Source of the DNA: Syntrophorhabdaceae bacterium
GTDB lineage: Bacteria > Desulfobacterota > Syntrophorhabdia > Syntrophorhabdales > Syntrophorhabdaceae
Direction of reading: 5' to 3'
Assembly (NCBI GenBank): GCA_963666485.2
Contig: CAXXUO010000003.1
Location: forward strand, 370,958 to 434,957
Length of the DNA: 64,000 bases
Shown: in pieces, positions 19,920 to 28,535 of the stretch
Numbering within the stretch: the stretch's first letter is position 1
Layout: each line of letters opens with the position of its first letter
The notes under the pieces: model-generated
What the model saw: only the letters and a program-made list of their open reading frames with translations
Databases searched by the model: none
Told to the model about the DNA's origin: nothing
Translations under genes and position numbers: made by a program

Positions 19920-20947
19920 TGGACCTCGGTGCAGTTATAAGTGCCGACCCCTCGATCCTGCACGCCCTCGGCGACCTTACGGAAAAACCCTCACCCGAGC
20001 TGCCTGTCATTGAAGCGAAGGTCAAACTGACCTGGCGCTGCAACCTGTCCTGCATTTTCTGCAGCATGCCGGAACCCCGGCTGACCATGGACCGTGAAAC
20101 CGCGCTGTCGCTCGGCCGCGACCTTTCTGCGCAAGGCCTGAGGAAGGTGCACTTTTCCGGCGGCGAAATACTGACGCACCCCGACTGTTTCGATATCCTC
20201 TCCGGCTGGGCCGGGCTCGGCATGCAGGTCAACCTGACCAGTAACGGATCACTCATAGGCAAGGAAGAGGTAAAACGACTTGAAGAAGCCGGAGTTCACA
20301 GTATCTCCCTGTCGATCGATTCAGCAGACCGCAAGGTGCACGACAAGCTTCGCGGATGGAAGGGGTCACATAAAGCGGTTATGCGCGCCGCCCAACGCTT
20401 GGCGTCGAGGGGACGCATCAAACTGCGGATCAACACGGTGGTCACGTCCCTCAACATTGCCGGGCTGCCGGGTTTGCGCGACATTGTCCGCAGTCTGGGG
20501 TCCGGCATTTCCTGGAAACTTATCCCCGTTGACCCGGTACGTCCGGGCCTTTTACCCTCACCTGACATTCTCGGGAAAATGGCAGCCGCGGTACGCGACT
20601 GGACGGAACTTGAGGATGCTGTGCCGTTTGGCGCAACGGCGGAAGACTTCAGGCAGGTGTCGGCCGGACAGCATGGCTTTCGCCCGGAGAGGTGCTACGT
20701 CCCCTGGTTCAACCTCTTCTTCGCCCCTGATGGCGCCTGCTATCCCTGCTGCATGGCGCGCGGCAGCATGGTCGCGCTCGGCGTATACCCCGCGAACACG
20801 GTACGTGAGATCGTAACGGGCCCGAAGATGACGGCCTTCAGGAGGCTCGTCGCCTCAGGAATAAGGCATGAAGCCTGTGCCCGCTGTGACGATTTCCTGA
20901 AGGAGAACAGGATAATCTCAGGCCTTATTTCCGGCCGGAAGGCGTAA
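19919..20947 (+). CDS. Radical SAM protein with SPASM/twitch-type auxiliary domain
   Basis: CNLSCIFC, SGGE and TSNG; C-terminal CYVPW..DGACYPCC..CARCD. Confidence 0.92.
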   Translation: MDLGAVISADPSILHALGDLTEKPSPELPVIEAKVKLTWRCNLSCIFCSMPEPRLTMDRETALSLGRDLSAQGLRKVHFSGGEILTHPDCFDILSGWAGLGMQVNLTSNGSLIGKEEVKRLEEAGVHSISLSIDSADRKVHDKLRGWKGSHKAVMRAAQRLASRGRIKLRINTVVTSLNIAGLPGLRDIVRSLGSGISWKLIPVDPVRPGLLPSPDILGKMAAAVRDWTELEDAVPFGATAEDFRQVSAGQHGFRPERCYVPWFNLFFAPDGACYPCCMARGSMVALGVYPANTVREIVTGPKMTAFRRLVASGIRHEACARCDDFLKENRIISGLISGRKA

Positions 20948-20950
20948 GAC

Positions 20951-21844
20951 ATGATACTCTATTACGCCCTGGGAGGTGGACTCGGGCATCTTACCCGTTC
21001 ACTCGTCCTCATAGAACATGCGCCGGAACGCTTAAGGTCGAAGATACGCATTCTCGTTTCCAGTAAGAGCGCCGGTGCGGCTGAGCGGAGTTTCCCCTGC
21101 CCTGTCGACCGGGTCCCGGACGCGGCAATGGCGGACCCCGCCGGTTATGAGAGATTTCTTGCCGGGCATTTTGAAAAACACCACTTCCAATGCGTCGTGA
21201 TGGACACCTTTCCTTTTGGCCTTCTCGGCGAAATGAAATATAGATTGCCGCACATTCCCCGTGTACTGATCGGGAGGTACCTTCGATGGGACGCATATCG
21301 CGAGGCCTGCGGCACGATTACCGATGCAAGCTGGCCGGAGGACGCGGTCGTGATCGAAGACCAGGATGACCTCTATGACCGGGAACTGAAGAAGCATTGT
21401 TTCGTGACCATGGCCCGTTCACCGCTCTCTGCAGTAAGGGCCCGCGACATACCGGATGCGCCTTTGAAACCCGCCTGCTGTGTCGTGCACAGCGGGATTG
21501 GTGCGGAGCTTGCCCTTCTCGTGGACAGCGCGCGAAGGATCATGGCAGAGAAAGGCATTCCGGGCACTCCGCACGTTTTCACACCGGATAATGCACTCTT
21601 CCCGATGGAACGGTACCTTTCAGGCTTCAGCGATATCGTGACGGGGGCCGGCTATGCGAGTTCGGCAGCAGCTGTCTCGCTTGGGGGGCGCATACGGTAC
21701 CACCTGACCTCTTTCGAAAGAAAATTCGATGACCAGGGCCTGAGGCTGCAGCGCTTGAAAAATGGTACATGGCCCGGCGGCGGTAGCGGTGATCCTTCAC
21801 GGACGGCCCGGGTGCTCTGGGACCTCGTAGAGATCCATGCCTGA
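20951..21844 (+). CDS. GT-B fold glycosyltransferase-like protein (MurG/GT28-like motifs)
   Basis: YYALGGGLGHLTR, DTFPFGLLGE, GAGYAS and RKFDDQ. Confidence 0.7.
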   Translation: MILYYALGGGLGHLTRSLVLIEHAPERLRSKIRILVSSKSAGAAERSFPCPVDRVPDAAMADPAGYERFLAGHFEKHHFQCVVMDTFPFGLLGEMKYRLPHIPRVLIGRYLRWDAYREACGTITDASWPEDAVVIEDQDDLYDRELKKHCFVTMARSPLSAVRARDIPDAPLKPACCVVHSGIGAELALLVDSARRIMAEKGIPGTPHVFTPDNALFPMERYLSGFSDIVTGAGYASSAAAVSLGGRIRYHLTSFERKFDDQGLRLQRLKNGTWPGGGSGDPSRTARVLWDLVEIHA

Positions 21845-21863
21845 CGCAATTCTGTTTGCGACA

Positions 21864-22820
21864 TCATAAACGGTGCAGTACCGGAACGATATCTTTCCTG
21901 AACCAGTCGACCTGTTTTTCGAGACCGGTATAAAGATCCACCGAGGGTTCAAATCCCAGGACGGTGCGCGCCTTATCGATATGCGCCCGTGTCCTGATCT
22001 GGTCCCCTGCCCTGTCGGCGACCTCGTTCAATGCTATATCGGACCCCGTCAACTCTTCGATCATCCGGATACCCTCCTCCGTAGAGACGGCCCTGTCGGA
22101 ACCTATGTTGAAGATCTCCCCGACACAGGCGCTCAGGTTCCCGAGGATGAGAAACAGCCCGCGGACGGCGTCGCCGACATATGTGTAACTGCGCTCGTGT
22201 GCGTGGCTGGAATGAAAAAGGTTGAACGGCTTCGATTCGAGTGCGCAGCGGATAAGCTGGAAATAAAGCTTGTCCGGACGCTCGCGCGGCCCGTAGACGG
22301 AGAAAAGCCGTGCGGAGCAGCCGGGGAACCCGTTCTTTCGCGTCTCGGCCAGCACGATCTGTTCCGAGGCGAGCTTTGTAACGCCATACAGCGAAACCGG
22401 TTTTGCTTCGGTTGTTTCCGGGCCGGACGCATAAGCTCCGTATACCGAGGATGACGAGATATAGACAAAGCCTCTGAGATTCTTGAGGCGCCGCGCGCAA
22501 CTGACGAGGTTGTAGGTGGCCAGCACATTGTCTTTCCAATACTCCGCGATCGGGACACGGGCCGAGATGCTGGGCTGTGCGGCGCAGTGAAAAATAACGT
22601 CGACATCGTGAATAAGAGGAGACAGATCGGAATACGCGAGGTCTACCCGGTGAACGGGTATGCCTTTCCCCATGAGGATTTTCAGATTTGTTTCTTTAAG
22701 AAGGGCCGGGTAAAAGTCCGTCAGGCAATCGATACCCACGACATCATGGCCGGGCTCCCGAAGGTGTTCTGCCAGGTGGGAGCCGATAAAGCCGGCGGCC
22801 CCGGTGACAAGAATTTTCAC
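21864..22820 (-). CDS. NAD-dependent nucleotide-sugar epimerase/dehydratase
   Basis: VTGAAGFIG, SSSSVYG, YGVTK and VYGPRERPD. Confidence 0.93.
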   Translation of the reverse strand: MKILVTGAAGFIGSHLAEHLREPGHDVVGIDCLTDFYPALLKETNLKILMGKGIPVHRVDLAYSDLSPLIHDVDVIFHCAAQPSISARVPIAEYWKDNVLATYNLVSCARRLKNLRGFVYISSSSVYGAYASGPETTEAKPVSLYGVTKLASEQIVLAETRKNGFPGCSARLFSVYGPRERPDKLYFQLIRCALESKPFNLFHSSHAHERSYTYVGDAVRGLFLILGNLSACVGEIFNIGSDRAVSTEEGIRMIEELTGSDIALNEVADRAGDQIRTRAHIDKARTVLGFEPSVDLYTGLEKQVDWFRKDIVPVLHRL

Positions 22821-22848
22821 GGGACAATACGCTGCGCAGTGCTCGCAG

Positions 22849-23064
22849 TTACCCTTCGAGGATAAATATCACGTCCAGCGTCACCCTGAATTTAAGGATA
22901 GCGCCTTCCGCAACGTCCGCGTACTGCTCCTTGACCCTCAGGCCGGTTATGCCCCTCAATGTTTTCGAGGCCCTTTTGAAACCGGTCATTATGGCGTCTT
23001 CAAAACTTTCCGTCGACTCGGCCACTATTTCCGTCACCCGCGCAACCCTGCCCTCGTAATGCAT
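22849..23064 (-). CDS. Dodecin family flavin-binding protein
   Basis: RVTEIVAESTESFEDAI..RASKTLRGI..FRVTLDVIF. Confidence 0.9.
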   Translation of the reverse strand: MHYEGRVARVTEIVAESTESFEDAIMTGFKRASKTLRGITGLRVKEQYADVAEGAILKFRVTLDVIFILEG

Positions 23065-23081
23065 GTACCCTCCTTACAGGA

Positions 23082-23516
23082 CTACTTTTTAGAGTCCTTT
23101 AATTTCGTATAAACATCGTCGAGCCGCTGCTGATCGACCGGATAAAAGAAATCATCCAGTCTTATATGATCGAGCGAATCGAGCATCTGGCGCCATTGAA
23201 CCGGATCTTCACCCACATCAAACTCCCGGAGTATCTCAATACCTTTTGCATAAGCCCCCGGTGATGTTTCCTGCAATGGAATAATGATCTCCTCGAGCAG
23301 AGTGGCCGCCACACCCCTCGGGCCTATAAGCTCGATGACGGATGCGTAGAGCTCGAGATCACGTCCCCATCGTTTGCCGTTCAATTTAAGAAAGGTCTCG
23401 GCATCCGGGTCAGGGTCCGTCCTGTCCCATTCCTCTGCCCGTACCACCTTAAGGCGCGGGTCTACTCCGGCAAGCGACTCAAAAAGGGTCCTTATTGCGT
23501 TTTCACTAACCTCCAT
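23082..23516 (-). CDS. Hypothetical protein
   Basis: 144-aa ORF with AGGAG RBS, co-oriented with neighbours. Confidence 0.7.
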   Translation of the reverse strand: MEVSENAIRTLFESLAGVDPRLKVVRAEEWDRTDPDPDAETFLKLNGKRWGRDLELYASVIELIGPRGVAATLLEEIIIPLQETSPGAYAKGIEILREFDVGEDPVQWRQMLDSLDHIRLDDFFYPVDQQRLDDVYTKLKDSKK

Positions 23517-23571
23517 TGCAAGCTCCTTTGGGATCTTAGATTAAGATAATTACTCCATTATCACAGAAGTG

Positions 23572-23982
23572 TCAACCTGTGATGCCGGATATTATCTCGA
23601 GAATAGCCGTGCTTGAACTTCCTTCTAAATAATGATGCAGATCTTCAGGACGTACCCAACGGACCTCGTCATGGGCGTTGAGCGTCAAACCGTCAGACGC
23701 CAGCCTCGCGAGGTAAGCCGAAAGCCTGACCGTATAGTCAGGGGTATACTGGTGATCATAGGTGCAGAGGTATTTCACCACCTTCGCATCGACATTGAAT
23801 TCTTCCTGCAATTCCCGAACGAGGCACTGCTCAAACGTCTCGCCGTCTTCCACAGTGCCTCCCGGGAATTCCCACACCCCCGCGTGGAATTTGCCCTTTT
23901 TTCTTTTACCTAGAAGGATATCTCCATTCTTCTCAATTACTGCTACTGCCACGATCTTTGGGTTTGGTTTTTTTATGCGCAT
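23572..23982 (-). CDS. NUDIX hydrolase (MutT/NudG-like)
   Basis: WEFPGGTVEDGETFEQCLVRELQEE Nudix box; start uncertain. Confidence 0.9.
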   Translation of the reverse strand: MRIKKPNPKIVAVAVIEKNGDILLGKRKKGKFHAGVWEFPGGTVEDGETFEQCLVRELQEEFNVDAKVVKYLCTYDHQYTPDYTVRLSAYLARLASDGLTLNAHDEVRWVRPEDLHHYLEGSSSTAILEIISGITG

Positions 23983-24340
23983 GACCATAATGGTATATTG
24001 GGTAGTATTAGTTATTATTGTTACCATATAGTGATTATAAAACCAAGACATTTTATATTCTATCCTCCGTAGTATTTTCTCGAAACGCTGGTCTATTGCA
24101 ATAAGACCCCGCTGTTACCTTGCGTTCTACGGCGAAGTCCCTTTATAAAAATTGCTTGCTTTAAATAAGTTATGTATGGTAATTATTGGTCAGTATTAGT
24201 AACGATTGGTTTGTTGTTAAATGTTTTTAATATAATCTGTTTGTTTTGGAAATTACTTATGCTATATTGGTTACAATTAATATTTATTAATATCTTTGTG
24301 AATTGAATAACATAGTTGAATTACGCATAAGGAGGTATTA

Positions 24341-25672
24341 ATGAAGAGGCTGTTCTTATTCATGCTGGCTATTTGCCTCACGCTTCCGGCACTCGCCAAT
24401 GGGGGCACCGTAGAGAGCCGATACGACGTTACATTCGGCGGCTTTGTCAAGTATGACCTGGGGTGGAACTCCCAGAATTATCACGCAGACCCGGTTGTTG
24501 CTGCAAGGTCGAGTACAGACGCCAAATCCGTCCTTGCCGATGATTATAGCAACACGTTTCAGTCGGGCGCAGAGACGCGCCTGAATTTCCTTGTAAAAGG
24601 TCCGGAATTGTGGGGCGCTAAGACATCCGCCTTTGTTGAAGGTGATTTTAGAGGCGTCACAACGGGTAATGCATACGGCGGCTTTATGCTCCGCCACGCC
24701 TTTATGACCCTGAAATGGGATTCGGCCGAACTCATGATCGGTCAGAACTGGCAGCAGTGGGGAATGCCCTATTACGGCGCCTGGATCGGGACGAGCAACT
24801 ACACACAGTTCCTGCGCGGGATCCGGACACCCCAGATAGCTTTCCGGTATTTCTTTAATAAAGAATTCAACGCCATGATCGGTATCACCTCTGCGGCGGA
24901 GTGGTCCGGTACGGGCACATTTCCCTATGTCCAACAGTACAATGATGACTATGCGCGCAGTAACTGGCCCGGTTTTATGGGCGAGATCGCGTTCTGGAGC
25001 GACCGCTGCGGCAAGATCGGGGCAAACAACCTGAAGTTCGGACTCGGCGCGTACTACGGAAAGCAGAAGAAGATATACGATACGGTCACGGGAACAGGTG
25101 CGGCAACTCTTGTTACATCGACTGCCGGGACATACAAAGACGATACCATCAACGCATGGATAGCCGCTTTCAGGTACAGCGTACCGATCATACCGGAGAA
25201 ACAGGGCAACAAGGCTACGGCCCTTCTTCTCAATGGCAATTTCTTTATCGGCCAGAACGTGCAGGAAAACGGTTGGATGGGGCTCACGAACAATGTCAGC
25301 CAGGGTTCTTTCTGGGGACCGAACAACGAGGCGTCTGCACCGACAATGTTCGGGCTTTTCTCCCAGCTATCCTTCTGGTTCACCGACAAGCTTTCGATCA
25401 ACGGCCTTTATGGATACCTGAAATATAATTACAGTTCATGGGGCCGTGGAGCAGCTGCTGACGCAGGGGCCCAAGCCCGGCGTGACCTTCCGAATATGAT
25501 CCAGCAGTATGGTGCAACACTGCTCTGGGATGCCACCCAGGCAATCAGGTTTGGACTTGAATGGACGAACATATTTACCTCTTATAATGGAAACGGTCCG
25601 GCTCCCGCACCCTATGCAGGTCGAAGCGGAACCCTCGAACAGTACAGGGTCGCAGCCTTTTATTTTTTCTAG
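24341..25672 (+). CDS. Outer-membrane porin (DcaP-like)
   Basis: Signal peptide, FGGFVKYD, ETRLNF, FVEGDF, LRHAF, GQNW and C-terminal AFYFF; AAGGAGG RBS after an AT-rich upstream region. Confidence 0.8.
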   Translation: MKRLFLFMLAICLTLPALANGGTVESRYDVTFGGFVKYDLGWNSQNYHADPVVAARSSTDAKSVLADDYSNTFQSGAETRLNFLVKGPELWGAKTSAFVEGDFRGVTTGNAYGGFMLRHAFMTLKWDSAELMIGQNWQQWGMPYYGAWIGTSNYTQFLRGIRTPQIAFRYFFNKEFNAMIGITSAAEWSGTGTFPYVQQYNDDYARSNWPGFMGEIAFWSDRCGKIGANNLKFGLGAYYGKQKKIYDTVTGTGAATLVTSTAGTYKDDTINAWIAAFRYSVPIIPEKQGNKATALLLNGNFFIGQNVQENGWMGLTNNVSQGSFWGPNNEASAPTMFGLFSQLSFWFTDKLSINGLYGYLKYNYSSWGRGAAADAGAQARRDLPNMIQQYGATLLWDATQAIRFGLEWTNIFTSYNGNGPAPAPYAGRSGTLEQYRVAAFYFF

Positions 25673-25698
25673 AAGGACCCGTTATGTCATATGTTCAC

Positions 25699-25726
25699 AA
25701 AGGGGACCTTTAAGGTCCCCTTTCTT
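25699..25726 (+). terminator. Intrinsic terminator
   Basis: AAAGGGGACCTT-T-AAGGTCCCCTTT followed by a T-rich tail. Confidence 0.8.
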
Positions 25727-25807
25727 CTACCAGAGATCATTACGATGAATTGTTATTTCAGATTCAGACACCTACAACTTATGACCTGTCACCCATAACC
25801 CCATTTT

Positions 25808-26536
25808 ATGAAAATATATATTGGCTTCGACGATACAGACACAATTGATGCCGATCGCGGCACGGGTAAGCTCGCACGATGGTTTGAGGAAGTACTTCCC
25901 GAAGGCTGCCGCATGTGGGGTGTCGTACGGCAGCAGCTTCTCGTCGATCCCGCTATTCCCTATACATCACATAACAGCTCTGCATGCGCCGTGGTGGATT
26001 GTATTGATAAAGATTTTCTGTCTTTCCTTATTGAAGAGGCCGCGCGCCATATAGAGAAATGTTCCCTTCCAGGAAGTGATCCGGGGCTTTGCGTCATTCC
26101 GGAAAACTCCGATGTCATTCCGGCACTCATCAATTTTGGCCTTGCCTGCACCCGCAGCATAGTGACGCAGCAGGACGCTATGGACGCCGCCCGGCCCGGT
26201 GCCCACCTCTCAGGCCACGGTGGCACATCTGACGGCATTATCGGGGCCGCCGCGGCTGTTGGATTGACGGCATATGGATGGAGTGGTAGACTTATCGGGT
26301 ACCAACGCTTGAGGGACTTCCCGCGCATGGTATCTGTAGCCGACCTGGGAAAGGCCGGGATACTTGTTATATCCACCGACAGGGATGCCCGGTTGCCCGC
26401 GCCCGACGACATGATCGATACGTCAGGCTGGTTGAGGCCGAGGCTCCTGGGCGGCAGGCCCGTATTGCCCGTTATTGAAAAGGGGCAGCATCTCTGGGAA
26501 TCCCCTGGCAGGAAAAGAGGCAGGAAGACACATTAA
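25808..26536 (+). CDS. Protein resembling the TiaS N-terminal region (DDTD motif), function unknown
   Basis: YIGFDDTD..RGTG, IPYTSHNSSAC, SDPGLC and GIIGAAAAVG. Confidence 0.65.
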   Translation: MKIYIGFDDTDTIDADRGTGKLARWFEEVLPEGCRMWGVVRQQLLVDPAIPYTSHNSSACAVVDCIDKDFLSFLIEEAARHIEKCSLPGSDPGLCVIPENSDVIPALINFGLACTRSIVTQQDAMDAARPGAHLSGHGGTSDGIIGAAAAVGLTAYGWSGRLIGYQRLRDFPRMVSVADLGKAGILVISTDRDARLPAPDDMIDTSGWLRPRLLGGRPVLPVIEKGQHLWESPGRKRGRKTH

Positions 26537-26547
26537 GGGGGCAGGAC

Positions 26548-26772
26548 ATGGCCGGAAAAATTTTTTACCGGGAAAGGCAGAAGGCCGCCGAAGGAAAAAA
26601 ACAGCCGCGCTTTCAGCTTGTCGGGGTAGCCGATGTCAATCTGAAAGTTTATGGCAAACATCTCCGGAAAAGCGAGCTCGAGCAGATCGCAGCCGCCGTG
26701 GGTGCCGAACTCATACTCCTGACGCATGGTGACAAGAGATCGAAAGATGACGATGTCGAGGTAAAGGACTGA
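26548..26772 (+). CDS. Small hypothetical protein
   Basis: 74-aa ORF with RBS between co-oriented genes. Confidence 0.7.
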   Translation: MAGKIFYRERQKAAEGKKQPRFQLVGVADVNLKVYGKHLRKSELEQIAAAVGAELILLTHGDKRSKDDDVEVKD

Positions 26773-26812
26773 TCATCTTTCCGGTTTTGCAGAATAAGAG
26801 GTAGCGCGAGAG

Positions 26813-27643
26813 ATGACATTGATCCGCGAACGCGACGGCAAACGCCTGCACGTAAAGAGCAAGCTCATGGGGGAGAGCCTCGTAAGCAGATCGTTTATTG
26901 ATGATCTGCCGATCGCCCCCCAGAAGAAACTATTCCCGGACGTGAACATCCTCAAGATTGGGGGGCAGTCGATCTGCGACCGCGGTATCAAGGCGCTCCC
27001 TGCCATTATAGATGAGATAGCCGCAAACAAGAACGACCATAAGATGCTGATAACGACCGGCGGAGGGACCAGGAGCCGCCACATATACAGCATTGGCCTG
27101 GAACTCGGCATGCCGACGGGTGTCCTGGCCAAGTTCGGGAACTCGATCTCCGAGCAGAACGCCCTCCTCGTAAGCATGCTGCTCGCCCCTTTCGGCGGTA
27201 TAAAGATCGGTCATGACGAGATCGTCAAGCTCACCAGCTACTTTGTCCAGGGATGCATCCCGGTCATGCACGGCATGCCGCCCTATGATTATTTCGCCAT
27301 TCCCCCGGCCAAAGGACGTATCCCGCTTCATCGCACCGATGTCGGAACTATCATCATGGCCGACCTGATCGGGGCCAGGAAATGCATTTTTATAAAGGAT
27401 GAAAAGGGGCTCTACACGGGTGATCCCAAGAAAAACGCTGAAGAGCAATTCATTGCCGAAATAGGGGCGAAGACACTGATGGACAGAGACCTCGATGACC
27501 TCATCATCGAGAGGCCCTGCCTGGAGATCCTGCAAAATAGCGAAGTACTGGAGAATATCATCATCATCAACGGCCTCGAACCGGGAAACATCACGCGTGT
27601 CCTGAACGGCGAAGATGTAGGCACGATAGTGTACAAAGAATAA
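26813..27643 (+). CDS. Molybdenum storage protein-like amino-acid-kinase family protein
   Basis: HVKSKLMGESLV, KIGGQSICDRG, TGGGTRSRH, GMPPY, IPLHRTD and KDEKGLYTGDPK resemble MoSto subunits. Confidence 0.75.
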   Translation: MTLIRERDGKRLHVKSKLMGESLVSRSFIDDLPIAPQKKLFPDVNILKIGGQSICDRGIKALPAIIDEIAANKNDHKMLITTGGGTRSRHIYSIGLELGMPTGVLAKFGNSISEQNALLVSMLLAPFGGIKIGHDEIVKLTSYFVQGCIPVMHGMPPYDYFAIPPAKGRIPLHRTDVGTIIMADLIGARKCIFIKDEKGLYTGDPKKNAEEQFIAEIGAKTLMDRDLDDLIIERPCLEILQNSEVLENIIIINGLEPGNITRVLNGEDVGTIVYKE

Positions 27644-27648
27644 AAAGC

Positions 27649-27712
27649 GGTTCCAGGTTCCACGTTCCAGGTTCCACGCTAAAAACGAGATGTCGTAACC
27701 TGACCTGGAACC
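27649..27712. repeat. Tandem heptamer repeats (G/C)GTTCCA with an inverted copy
   Basis: GGTTCCA-GGTTCCA-CGTTCCA-GGTTCCA, then TGGAACC, between convergent genes. Confidence 0.75.
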
Positions 27713-27716
27713 TTCC

Positions 27717-28334
27717 TTAATTCATTTCGGGCAGACTGAAGTTCATTGAAAGGAATATCGTAACCATCTTCCCTATCGTCGCATCGAGCTCGTCGACTCC
27801 GATATCGATCCCGGTGTTGATCATCAGTTCATAGTGTATAAATATCATCTGTGCGAACGACCTGTGCCACTCGACGACCGATGGGGGTGCGTGCGTACCG
27901 AGTTCTTTCCAGTACTGGACCCCGATCTTCACAAGACCTGCCGCGTTCTCCTCACCATAAGGCTCAAAAAGCACCTCCCCTATCTTAGCCGACATGCGCG
28001 CGATGTCCATCACATTACCCTCTTCCTCGAGGCGCGGGATCACCGTGGTGAAAAACCATATGGCACAGACAAAGGTAAGCAGCCTGTCTTTCGGGAAAGT
28101 CCCGTTCGTCCTGTCGGGATCGTTGAGGGCCATCAAAGGCGGCAGCAGGAGACACAATACATCGGCGACAATTGCCGTGTCTACAACATCCTCCAGCGAA
28201 TCCCCGGCATCAAGCGTGAATCCGTAGGCGCGCTCGATCGCCTCTATATTCTGCGGCGCCACGGCGGTCAATGCACGTGTAAGCGGTCTCCCGGAAAGGT
28301 CATAATATCCCACCCTGTCCCTCCAGTCTTTCAT
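27717..28334 (-). CDS. Hypothetical protein
   Basis: 205-aa ORF with AGGAGGAG RBS. Confidence 0.7.
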   Translation of the reverse strand: MKDWRDRVGYYDLSGRPLTRALTAVAPQNIEAIERAYGFTLDAGDSLEDVVDTAIVADVLCLLLPPLMALNDPDRTNGTFPKDRLLTFVCAIWFFTTVIPRLEEEGNVMDIARMSAKIGEVLFEPYGEENAAGLVKIGVQYWKELGTHAPPSVVEWHRSFAQMIFIHYELMINTGIDIGVDELDATIGKMVTIFLSMNFSLPEMN

Positions 28335-28462
28335 GTACTCCTCCTTGCCTTAAGACGACCTTTCATAAGAAACGTAAAAGCATAAATTTTAATGTTTAAC
28401 GATAAGCAATTTTTGTGAGCGCTTCACGAAACCACCGAACGGGTGAAAGAAGGGTGAAAACC

Positions 28463-28531
28463 GGTTCAACGTTCAACGGGGCGTCCTGACTCAAGCGCCC
28501 GCATTGAACGTTGAACTTTGAACCTTGAACG
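28463..28531. repeat. Tandem heptamer repeats NGTTCAA / TTGAACN flanking a GC hairpin
   Basis: GGTTCAA-CGTTCAA, then GGGCG...CGCCC, then TTGAACG-TTGAACT-TTGAACC-TTGAACG. Confidence 0.75.
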
Positions 28532-28535
28532 TCTT

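Noticed and set aside
21864..22820. Epimerase as a member of the GT/radical SAM operon
   Set aside because: It is convergently transcribed and coupled to the dodecin gene; a functional link is possible but not supported by the sequence alone.
24060..24340. AT-rich tract as a foreign insertion or replication origin
   Set aside because: No terminal repeats, iterons or DnaA-box cluster seen; it fits a regulatory region upstream of the porin.
27649..28531. CRISPR array
   Set aside because: The repeats are 7-nt tandem units with no unique spacers, and there are no cas genes in the window.
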